A stretch of 20,000 nt of DNA from sequence record SRR20825006_2271. One strand, given 5' to 3'. Under the pieces are notes generated by a model, which saw only the letters and a list, made by a program, of their open reading frames with translations, was not told where the DNA came from and made no database searches. Shown here piece after piece: positions 1 through 8,577 of the stretch (its first letter is position 1; the number at the start of each line of letters is the position of its first letter). The position numbers and the translations under genes are program-made.

Positions 1-1
1 T

Positions 2-469
2 GCGATAGCCCCGGGCAAAATTCTCGTAGTTCTCAAAAGCTTTAGGATTGTTTTTAAATGCCGCCTGAAGATCATCCGGAATGATTCCGTTTTCTACATC
101 GTCTAAAGCCGTCCACGAACCGTTTTCTTTTGCAATTTCAATAGATTTATGACCACTTTTGTGCATTAGACCATCTTGAACTAATTGTTCAATATAGGCT
201 TTGTTTACGGCGCTCCAAACGCTTTTGGCATTTCGCTTACAGAAGTACTGCTTACGCCTGTCTTCATCAATTTTTCTTACGGTGCTGTCGATCCAGCCGT
301 AACAGATTGCGACTTGAACCGCTTCTTCCCAGCGCATACTGGGTTGTTCAGATGTCACCTTGTAGAACACAAGATCGACTCCGGTATCACTTTCATGATT
401 TTCATGCAGCCAGGCGCGCCATTCTTCGGCATTTTTAAAATAGAGTAGTGGACGCTTGGGTTTGGTCAT
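2..469 (-). CDS. YdeI/OmpD-associated family protein (3' end runs off the window; not in the ORF track)
   Basis: Manual translation from ATG at 469 is open to the window edge: MTKPKRPLLYFKNAEEWRAWLHENHESDTGVDLVFYKV...MRWEEAVQVAICYGWIDST...KRNAKSVWSAVNKAYIEQLVQDGLMHKSG...ENGSW...IPDDLQAAF. The WRxWLxxNH, YGWIDS and S-x-WS-xx-NK motifs are typical of YdeI. The start lies 2 nt after the M1 peptidase stop (TAG-TA-ATG). Confidence 0.88.
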   Translation of the reverse strand, partial: MTKPKRPLLYFKNAEEWRAWLHENHESDTGVDLVFYKVTSEQPSMRWEEAVQVAICYGWIDSTVRKIDEDRRKQYFCKRNAKSVWSAVNKAYIEQLVQDGLMHKSGHKSIEIAKENGSWTALDDVENGIIPDDLQAAFKNNPKAFENYENFARGYR

Positions 470-471
470 TA

Positions 472-2097
472 CTAGTTGATCTCTTCAAATTCGATATAGA
501 AATTACGATCAATATTAAAATCGGTGATCGGCGCATCAAAAGACTTGGTTTTCCATTCAGCAGAAGGATAAATCCATTCTTTCTGGTCATTTACGTGAAT
601 TTGAATAGGCATATCAAAACCTTCCACAATATCCGCATAGCGGAATTTTAACGTGTTCCCGTCAATAGAATATTCTAACTCCGGAATCATCGTTGTACGT
701 AAATATTGCTCCCAGAATTCCGTTAGGTCAATACCGCTTTGTTCACTAATATAGTTTTCAATCTGAGCGGTGGTAACGGTTTGATGATAAAATTCTTTAT
801 TCAATCCGCGTAGAATCGTACGCCACTTTTCATCATCCTCAATGAGTTGTCTAAGGGTGTGCAGCACATTAGCCCCTTTATAATACATATCTCCGCTTCC
901 TTCGTGATCTACGCCATAGGTGCCTATAATAGGGCGATCGTTACGGATAGCACTTCGGGTTCCTATAACATAATCTGCTGAAGCTTCTTTTCCGAAGAAA
1001 TAATCCAAATATAGATTTTCAGAATATGCCGTAAAGCCTTCATGTACCCACATATCTGCAACATCTTTATTGGTGATGTTGTTGGCAAACCACTCGTGAC
1101 CACTTTCGTGAATGATAATAAAATCAAATTTTAAACCCCATCCGGTACCCGAAAGATCCCGGCCTAAATAGCCGTTCTCATACTTGTTTCCGTATGTCAC
1201 ATTACTTTGATGTTCCATTCCTAAATAAGGCACTTCAACCAATTTGTACCCATCTTCATAAAACGGATACGGTCCAAACCAATGCTCAAAAGCTTCGAGC
1301 ATCATTGGTACCTGCTTAAACTGTTCTTGAGCTTTATCAAGATTTTCTTTAAGCACATAAAAGTTTAGGTCAAGCGGACCTTTTTCACCTTTATAAGTTT
1401 CTGAAAAATGCGCATAATCAGCAATGTCAGCACTTATGCCATAACTATTGATGGGATTTTCAACACTCCAATGAAACGTATTCTTATCAGCAGTTGAAGA
1501 AGAATCAACTAATGTACCGTTTCCTACAGCAGTCAAGCCCTTAGGAACTGTAATGTATAAGTCTAAACCTTCAACCTCATCATAAGGAATATCTTTATTA
1601 GGCCACCAAATAGAAGAGCCAATACCCTGATTAGCATTAGCTGCAAAGGCTTTACCCTTGGCGTCTTTTTGCCAGGTCCAGCCACCGTCCCAAGGAAGGC
1701 GTGCTCCTTCTACCGGTTTGCCTTCAAAAGTTATGGTTATTTTATTAGAAGCTTCTTTTTTCTGTTTTTTCTGAAGTGAAATAAAATAGGCTGCGCCGTC
1801 TTTTTTGATCGCTAATTTCTTGTCGTTTTGAGTAGCGCTCAAAATTTTCATCGGTTCTTGCAAGTCAATTTGCAAGGTTTGATAGGGCTCTAGTACTTTA
1901 TAGGTGATGGTATTTGAACCAGAAATGAACTTATTGTCAGGATCAACAGTCACTTTTAAATCGTAATGACTGACATCCCACCACGCCCGTTCTGGCGTAA
2001 TACTTCCTTTTAAGGTGTCTTGATGTGTGAATTGGTGCTCTTGAGCAAATGCAGTCAGGCAAAAGAAGCCTAAAAGCATTGAAAATAATATATGCAT
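472..2097 (-). CDS. Secreted M1-family zinc metallo-aminopeptidase
   Basis: 541 aa. Signal peptide ending AFA|QE, GMEHQ (GAMEN-like exopeptidase motif), HESGH-x18-E zinc motif (HESGH...WVHEGF) and a catalytic Tyr in DMYYKG. Confidence 0.93.
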   Translation of the reverse strand: MHILFSMLLGFFCLTAFAQEHQFTHQDTLKGSITPERAWWDVSHYDLKVTVDPDNKFISGSNTITYKVLEPYQTLQIDLQEPMKILSATQNDKKLAIKKDGAAYFISLQKKQKKEASNKITITFEGKPVEGARLPWDGGWTWQKDAKGKAFAANANQGIGSSIWWPNKDIPYDEVEGLDLYITVPKGLTAVGNGTLVDSSSTADKNTFHWSVENPINSYGISADIADYAHFSETYKGEKGPLDLNFYVLKENLDKAQEQFKQVPMMLEAFEHWFGPYPFYEDGYKLVEVPYLGMEHQSNVTYGNKYENGYLGRDLSGTGWGLKFDFIIIHESGHEWFANNITNKDVADMWVHEGFTAYSENLYLDYFFGKEASADYVIGTRSAIRNDRPIIGTYGVDHEGSGDMYYKGANVLHTLRQLIEDDEKWRTILRGLNKEFYHQTVTTAQIENYISEQSGIDLTEFWEQYLRTTMIPELEYSIDGNTLKFRYADIVEGFDMPIQIHVNDQKEWIYPSAEWKTKSFDAPITDFNIDRNFYIEFEEIN

Positions 2098-2147
2098 TTT
2101 GAGTATTTAAAAACTGTAATTCAAATGTTGTTCCAAAAGAAGAAAAA

Positions 2148-3497
2148 TTAGCGCATAATAGCATTAGGAAAAACCACGACACTTTCGTGACCGTTAGCAC
2201 CTACAGCAGCCACACCAAAGAATGAATTGTCGATTACAATTCCGTCTAAAGTGATTTCTGAAACATCACCCACATAGCGGCTGTGATCCCAAGTAGGAGA
2301 GGTAGTGTCACGCCAATAGATTTTATAACCAAAAGCTCCGTCTACTTTACTCCATTTGAGTTTTACATCAGCTTCTACAATACCACCAATCTCAACAGTT
2401 TCAGGAGCCGGTGGTGCCCAGGCTAAGCTAGCCAGGTTGATCGCATTTACAGCGGTAAGTTTTGCTGCGTATGGGAAATTAACGTGTTCTACAACATCCC
2501 CGTAAGCGATACCATCTTCCGTGCGAATGTCTTGATGCTGCTGGGTGTAGTTTTCATGTGCTTCCATTATTCGAATTCCGGCGAAGCCCAGATCATTAAA
2601 AGGTCTGTGGTGCCCGCCGCGACCAAATCGATCTAAGCGATAGATCATCATCGGGTTCATTTCCGGCATGTAATCTTTTACATTCTTATGTACATAACGT
2701 GCCAGTTGGCGCGAATTTCCGTCAACTTCTCCACCATAAAATCTTCGGGCTCTGCGTTGATTTTCGGTTTCATTTGCAGGAACCGGTTCAGAAAAAATTC
2801 TAAAATCGCGATTGCTGATCACCCCGTCTACCCCTTTGATATTTCCTATCATATCATTATTTAGAATCCCGATGATGTCCCAGCCTTGTGCGGTTGCATA
2901 ATTTGCAAGTCCTTTACCACCAAATAAGCCTTGCTCTTCACCAGACAGACCAACATAAATGATGCTGTTTTCAAATTTGTATTTAGACAAAACGCGCGCA
3001 GCTTCCATAGTGCCCGCCATTCCGCTTGCATTGTCGTTGGCGCCCGGAGCATCAGTTGTAAAATCGGTTGCATCGCTCGCGCGAGAATCTATATCACCAC
3101 TCATAATGATAAACCGATTAGGATATTTTGTTCCTCGTTGAATTGCCACAACATTGACCACATAGGTTTGTTTTGGAATACGGCTGCCCATACTTGGAGT
3201 TACCAGATCTTTCTGATAAAAAACCTCAAGGCAGTCACCGCAATTTTCTGAAGTTTTTTCAAAATCAGCTTTTATAAAGCGGCGTGCCGCGCCAATGCCA
3301 CGGGTGTCGCTAAGGGTATCGCTAAAGGTATTTCGAGTTCCAAAGCCGGCGAGCGTGCGTACATCTTTTTCAATTCGATCTGCAGAAACCGCATCGATGA
3401 TGCTATAAATACGTAAATCTGTTTCTGAAGGCACATTGTTTTGCGCAAATAAAGCTGTGAAACAGCAAAGAAAAGCGAGGGTAAAAGGATACTTCAT
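2148..3497 (-). CDS. Secreted M28-family metallopeptidase with C-terminal fibronectin-III-like domain
   Basis: 449 aa. Signal peptide LFA|QN; motifs NVVA, SGDIDS, PGANDNASG, GEEQGL, NNDMIG and HHRPF. The C-terminal PPAP...LKW...GYKIYW...GVAAV...ES pattern is FN3-like. Confidence 0.9.
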   Translation of the reverse strand: MKYPFTLAFLCCFTALFAQNNVPSETDLRIYSIIDAVSADRIEKDVRTLAGFGTRNTFSDTLSDTRGIGAARRFIKADFEKTSENCGDCLEVFYQKDLVTPSMGSRIPKQTYVVNVVAIQRGTKYPNRFIIMSGDIDSRASDATDFTTDAPGANDNASGMAGTMEAARVLSKYKFENSIIYVGLSGEEQGLFGGKGLANYATAQGWDIIGILNNDMIGNIKGVDGVISNRDFRIFSEPVPANETENQRRARRFYGGEVDGNSRQLARYVHKNVKDYMPEMNPMMIYRLDRFGRGGHHRPFNDLGFAGIRIMEAHENYTQQHQDIRTEDGIAYGDVVEHVNFPYAAKLTAVNAINLASLAWAPPAPETVEIGGIVEADVKLKWSKVDGAFGYKIYWRDTTSPTWDHSRYVGDVSEITLDGIVIDNSFFGVAAVGANGHESVVVFPNAIMR

Positions 3498-3513
3498 ATT
3501 GTTATATAGGGTT

Positions 3514-3552
3514 AAAAAAAGTACGAGCAGTATTAGAAAAAATACTGCTCGT
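3514..3552 (-). terminator. Intrinsic terminator-like hairpin downstream of the TPS/TPP gene
   Basis: Perfect 12-bp stem ACGAGCAGTATT (3523-3534) / AATACTGCTCGT (3541-3552) with a 6-nt loop, followed on the minus strand by ACTTTTTTT. Confidence 0.75.
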
Positions 3553-3624
3553 GATAAATTTATGCTAATTTATTGGCATCACCAAAGGCTGAAATACCAC
3601 CACTGCTTGCCTTGAGTTAGTTTA

Positions 3625-5829
3625 CTACGATGCAGCAAACTTTTTAAGCAAGTCTCGTACACGATCGGTATCGTCTACATAATATTTCGCCGCTGTTTTT
3701 TGAAGTCCTACTTTGATCGTAAATGCATCGTCAGGAAGGTCGTGAAACATGTATTCATCAGTCCAGTCATCACCTATCGCAAATTTAAACGTGTAGTCTT
3801 TTCCGAAAATATGCTTGGTCACCGCTTTCCCCTTATGAATGGTACTGTCTTTAATTTCCAATACTTTATTTCCGTCAAGAACTCCAAGTTCATTATTCGC
3901 CGAAAGTTCTTTCAATACTGTTGAAAGTTCACTAGCACGTTTTTCGCCTAAATCAGGATCGGCATTTCGGTAATGCCAAGCCAATGAATAGTTTTTCTCC
4001 TCGATAAATGTACCTGCGGTGCGGTCAACATATTTCTCAAGAATAGGACGCACCGTTTCCATCCAATCATTTTTAAGATTTTCTGTTACTGCCCATTCTC
4101 CGCCTACAGGACGTTTCCAAACGCCGTGTTCTGCGATGAGCGTGATAGGCACATCATGCCACCAAGTCCCTAGTGTATGGCGATCGCGGCCGCTAATGAT
4201 CACCACCTCAGTATTTTCTTGACTGTGAATGGTTTTTATTAATTCAAGTAACTCTTCATCAGGACTTGCGTCTTCCGGGTTGTTTACAAAACCTCTTAAA
4301 GTCCCGTCATAGTCTAAAAATAAAATACGTTTTTGTGAAGTTTTGTAAGCGTTGAACATTTCTTCTTCCTGGTCGGTACGCATTCGTATGGCTTTTACAA
4401 TATCAGATTTATGAGCGGTGTCTTCTAACGAATGCATAAAGTCGTGGGCCCATTTCTCTACATTATAGCGCTTTAAACGTTTTTGAAGGAATTTGTTGCG
4501 TTTAATCTGTTCTGCTTCGGGCATTTCCATCGCCTGTTTTAATGCATCGGCGATCTCTTCAAAGTTATTCGGGTTAATGATCAGTGCTTCGCTCATTTCT
4601 TGCGCAGCACCGGCCATTTCACTTAGAATAAGTACTCCCGTTTTATCTGTTCTAGTAGCGACATATTCTTTGGCAACAAGATTCATTCCATCTCTAATAG
4701 GTGTAAGTAAAGCGACATCACAAGTAGTATATAAATCGATTAGATTTTCAAAAGGCATTGAACGGTAGAAATACCAGATGGGCGTCCAACTTACGGTTGC
4801 GAATTTTCCGTTAATTCGTCCTACGAGTTCATCTACTTCTTTTTTCAACAATTGATACTGCGGAACATTAGAACGCGAGGGGACAGCAAGCATCACCAAG
4901 CGCACCTTTTCTTTAAACTCCGGATACTTTTCTAAGAAGTATTCATAAGCGCGAATGCGATTTGCGATCCCTTTGCTATAATCTAAACGGTCTATAGATA
5001 GGATCATTTTTGCATCAGGAGTCGAATCAATATGCAAATCTAAACGGCGCTGAAGCTCTGACTGATTTTTAGCAGCATCGTGTTTGGCAGCAGCTTCAGA
5101 AAATTTTTCATAGTCAATTCCCATAGGGTAGGAGTTCACCGTGACAATGCGATCTTTTAAGGTAATCTCATTAAAACTTACTTCTTGTCGCAGAATCCGC
5201 GAAACCGAACTTAAAAAGTGACGCTGATAATCATAAGTATGAAAACCAATAAGGTCTGAACCCAGCAGCCCTTTTAATATTTCTTCTCTCCACGGGAGCG
5301 TTCTAAAAACCTCATAAGAAGGAAACGGAATGTGTAAAAAGAATCCAATCTGCACATCGGGGCGCTCTTTTTTGATCAGCTCGGGCAAGAGCATCAATTG
5401 ATAATCGTGGACCCATACGGTGTCGCCTTCCTCGATGTTCTCCAGAACTACTTTTGCATATTTTTTATTAACCTCAACATAGGTTTGATAGCTTTCCTTC
5501 TCAAACTCTGTATATTCCATAAAGTAATGGAATAACGGCCAAATTGTACGGTTAGAAAAACCGTAGTAGAAACCATCAATGTCTTTTTCAGTAAGTGAGA
5601 CGGGTACACATTGCTCTTTTTTTGCGGCAGCGACAACCTCCTCTACCAGTTCTTCTGGCGTTTCTTCTTCGGTCAGACCGGTCCAACCGATCCAGACACC
5701 GTTACTGTCTCTATGTACAGATTTCATTCCGGTTGCTAATCCACCTACACTTGGTGTTGCTTTGATGGTATTATTGTCAATTTGTAATTGTAAAGGCAGT
5801 CGATTTGAAATAATGATAGTTTTACTCAT
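3625..5829 (-). CDS. otsAB: Bifunctional trehalose-6-phosphate synthase/phosphatase (OtsA-OtsB fusion)
   Basis: 734 aa. GT20 motifs SNRLP, GGL, WVHDYQL, FFLHIPFP, DRLDYSKG and DGMNLVAKEY. The C-terminal HAD domain has FLDYDGTL, ISGR, KGKA and IGDDWTDE. Confidence 0.95.
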   Translation of the reverse strand: MSKTIIISNRLPLQLQIDNNTIKATPSVGGLATGMKSVHRDSNGVWIGWTGLTEEETPEELVEEVVAAAKKEQCVPVSLTEKDIDGFYYGFSNRTIWPLFHYFMEYTEFEKESYQTYVEVNKKYAKVVLENIEEGDTVWVHDYQLMLLPELIKKERPDVQIGFFLHIPFPSYEVFRTLPWREEILKGLLGSDLIGFHTYDYQRHFLSSVSRILRQEVSFNEITLKDRIVTVNSYPMGIDYEKFSEAAAKHDAAKNQSELQRRLDLHIDSTPDAKMILSIDRLDYSKGIANRIRAYEYFLEKYPEFKEKVRLVMLAVPSRSNVPQYQLLKKEVDELVGRINGKFATVSWTPIWYFYRSMPFENLIDLYTTCDVALLTPIRDGMNLVAKEYVATRTDKTGVLILSEMAGAAQEMSEALIINPNNFEEIADALKQAMEMPEAEQIKRNKFLQKRLKRYNVEKWAHDFMHSLEDTAHKSDIVKAIRMRTDQEEEMFNAYKTSQKRILFLDYDGTLRGFVNNPEDASPDEELLELIKTIHSQENTEVVIISGRDRHTLGTWWHDVPITLIAEHGVWKRPVGGEWAVTENLKNDWMETVRPILEKYVDRTAGTFIEEKNYSLAWHYRNADPDLGEKRASELSTVLKELSANNELGVLDGNKVLEIKDSTIHKGKAVTKHIFGKDYTFKFAIGDDWTDEYMFHDLPDDAFTIKVGLQKTAAKYYVDDTDRVRDLLKKFAAS

Positions 5830-5935
5830 AAAAACAGGTAATCGGAGGGTTAGATTTTTTGTGATTGCTTAAATTTCGGAAAATCGTAGCGGTTAAGCTA
5901 TACGTTTAATAGAACTTTAGAATTTTTATTCCCTT

Positions 5936-7744
5936 ATGGACAATTTGAATTATGGAATTATAGGCAACTGCAAGAGTGCAGCCCTTATCTCAGACAAAGG
6001 CTCTTTAGATTGGTGTTGTCTGCCCATCTTTGATTCACCTTCGGTTTTTGCTAAACTTTTAGATGAGGAAAAAGGAGGTTCACAGAGTTTTGAGGTCAGT
6101 GATGCTTATACCATTACCCAGCAATATATGTGGCAAACCAATATTTTACGCACGATGTACGATAATGGTACCGATGCTTTTGAGGTGTTTGATTTTATGC
6201 CCAGATATGAAAAGCGCAGCGGCTCTTTTTACGCCCCACCAGATATTATTCGATTTATACGATTAGTTAAGGGTGCGCCTAAATTTGTGTGTAATTACGA
6301 TCCCAAACTAGAATATGCCAGCACCGAAACTATCACGGTCAATAAAGGGGAATACATAGAAAGTTATACTAATGAAGGGAAATACGATTCCCTGTATTTG
6401 TATACCAATCTAGAAAAGGAAGATATACTCCATAAGAAAGAAATTATCCTTGACGGCAATGCTTTTCTCTTGATGTCTTATCATGAAAAACTAATGGAGC
6501 AAACGCTAGATCGTGCATATTTGAAGTTTCAGCGCACCAAAGTATACTGGATGAACTGGAGTGAAGCGACCACAAAATATCCTTTATATCAAAACGAAAT
6601 TATGCGTAGCGCGCTTACCTTAAAGGCGCTTACGTTTGAGAAATCTGGTGCTGTCCTTGCTGCTGCGACTACTTCATTACCCGAAACTATAGGCGAAGTC
6701 CGCAACTGGGATTATCGTTTTTGTTGGGTGCGTGATGCTTCAATGGTGATTCGGGTGATCTCTAATTTAGGACATACTAAATATGCACAGAATTTTCTTC
6801 AGTTTATCATAGATACGCTTCCTGATAAAGATGAGAAAATGCAAATTATGTATGGTATCAATGGAGAAAAGGAACTCACAGAGCATACGCTAGATCATCT
6901 TTCAGGCTATAAAAATTCGGCACCGGTACGCATTGGTAATGCAGCTTACGTTCAAAAGCAAAATGATATCTACGGAATTCTGATGGAAGTGATCTATCAG
7001 CAATTTATTCAGTTTGAAACGACACTTGAAAATAGCGAAGAGCTGTGGACGGTGGTTCTCGGAATTGTGAAAATCGTTAAGCGCCACTGGCAAGAACCCG
7101 ATAAAGGAATTTGGGAATTGCGCACCGAAGATCGTCATTTTACCTTCTCAAAATTACTTTGCTGGGTAGCAGTTGACCGCGCCATTAAAATTGCTGAAGT
7201 CTTAAACCGAAGACGCCATCTTGAAGAGTGGGATGTGTTGCGTAAAGAAATTCACGACGAAATTCACGACAACGCTTGGAATGAGGATATGCAGGCTTAC
7301 ACACAGTATTACGGTTCAAAAGATATGGATGCTTCGACACTCCTAATGGAGCAGTATGGCTTTATTGATGCTAAAGATCCTCGCTTTGTATCTACCGTAG
7401 AAGCCACCGAACGCGAACTGTGTAAAGATGGTTTGATGTATCGTTATAAAAATGAAGATGACTTCGGTGAACCGAGTTCGTCTTTTACCATTTGCACATT
7501 CTGGTTTATTGATAGTTTATACAAAGTAGGGCAGAAGCAAAAAGCGATAAAATACTTTGATCAATTGTTGTCGTATAGCAACCATTTAGGCTTGTTCAGT
7601 GAGGATATTGATTTTAAAACAAAGCGTTTACTAGGGAATTTCCCTCAAGCGTATTCTCACTTGGCCTTGATAGAAACAGCCACCAATTTTGCAAAATACG
7701 GTCAGGATGAAGAAGAAACACAGTTTAAACCTATTTTGTATTAG
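5936..7744 (+). CDS. Glycoside hydrolase family 15 protein (probable trehalase / glucoamylase-like)
   Basis: 602 aa. N-terminal YGIIGNCKSAAL...DWCCLP.FDSPSVF; AAATTSLPE..G..RNWDYRFCWVRDA; GIWELR (acid Glu); GLFSEDID...GNFPQAYSH (base Glu). No signal peptide. Confidence 0.92.
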   Translation: MDNLNYGIIGNCKSAALISDKGSLDWCCLPIFDSPSVFAKLLDEEKGGSQSFEVSDAYTITQQYMWQTNILRTMYDNGTDAFEVFDFMPRYEKRSGSFYAPPDIIRFIRLVKGAPKFVCNYDPKLEYASTETITVNKGEYIESYTNEGKYDSLYLYTNLEKEDILHKKEIILDGNAFLLMSYHEKLMEQTLDRAYLKFQRTKVYWMNWSEATTKYPLYQNEIMRSALTLKALTFEKSGAVLAAATTSLPETIGEVRNWDYRFCWVRDASMVIRVISNLGHTKYAQNFLQFIIDTLPDKDEKMQIMYGINGEKELTEHTLDHLSGYKNSAPVRIGNAAYVQKQNDIYGILMEVIYQQFIQFETTLENSEELWTVVLGIVKIVKRHWQEPDKGIWELRTEDRHFTFSKLLCWVAVDRAIKIAEVLNRRRHLEEWDVLRKEIHDEIHDNAWNEDMQAYTQYYGSKDMDASTLLMEQYGFIDAKDPRFVSTVEATERELCKDGLMYRYKNEDDFGEPSSSFTICTFWFIDSLYKVGQKQKAIKYFDQLLSYSNHLGLFSEDIDFKTKRLLGNFPQAYSHLALIETATNFAKYGQDEEETQFKPILY

Positions 7745-7752
7745 CAGGTGAT

Positions 7753-8577
7753 ATGAAAAAATTATTAGCCTTAATTACTCTATGTGTTGTTTTTAATTCT
7801 TGTACTTCTGATGATAGAACCATTAATGAGTTCAAAACGCTTGACCTTGAAGATGACTCCTTTGATATTATATTAATAGCAGGTCAGTCAAATACTCATT
7901 CTGGGTTAGGACTAGATAAATCTATAGATACACCTCACGATTCAGTATATCAATTAGGAAGGTTTGGGGATAACGATCTAAAATTAATTGGAGCAATAGA
8001 ACCGTTAGACCATCATACTAAAGGTGATGCTAAAATAGGTTTTGGTTTAACTTTCGCAAAAGAGCTTGTTAATAGTAAGTTATCTAAAAATAGAGTTTTA
8101 CTCGTTCCTTGTGGTTATGGTGGAAGTAGTTTTAAGGCAAATCAATGGAATAAAGGAGATTATTTGTATGAGGATGCTGTAATGCGAGTAAATTATATTC
8201 TAAAGAAAAATTCAAATAATAGATTACTCGCTGTTTTATGGCATCAAGGAGAATCAGATGTTGGCCATTCAAACTTTCAGGGAAATTTAGATCGTTTTAT
8301 AGAAGATATCAGAGAAGATTTAGGAGATAAAGAGTTACCATTTATTCTAGGAGGAATGGTTCCTTACTGGGTGAATAAAAACCAGAAGAGAATAGATCAA
8401 CAATTAATTTTACAGAACACAAGATTGAGAATTAAAAACGTAGGTTATGTTGATCCAAACTTACCTTTCGTAATTGAAAAAAATAATAACGAAGTTGATG
8501 AGATTCATTACGATGCTTCAGGTCAAAGAGAATTAGGACGACGTTATTACCAAGAATACGTTAATCTTATTAATTAG
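7753..8577 (+). CDS. SGNH-type carbohydrate/sialate O-acetylesterase (SASA domain) lipoprotein
   Basis: 274 aa. Lipobox VFNS|C; catalytic blocks IAGQSN, GGSS, WHQGESD and DEIHY (DxxH). Confidence 0.85.
   Translation: MKKLLALITLCVVFNSCTSDDRTINEFKTLDLEDDSFDIILIAGQSNTHSGLGLDKSIDTPHDSVYQLGRFGDNDLKLIGAIEPLDHHTKGDAKIGFGLTFAKELVNSKLSKNRVLLVPCGYGGSSFKANQWNKGDYLYEDAVMRVNYILKKNSNNRLLAVLWHQGESDVGHSNFQGNLDRFIEDIREDLGDKELPFILGGMVPYWVNKNQKRIDQQLILQNTRLRIKNVGYVDPNLPFVIEKNNNEVDEIHYDASGQRELGRRYYQEYVNLIN

Noticed and set aside
185..651. Plus-strand ORFs 185..448 and 448..651
   Set aside because: They are antisense shadows of the YdeI-family and M1 peptidase genes, which carry clear family motifs.
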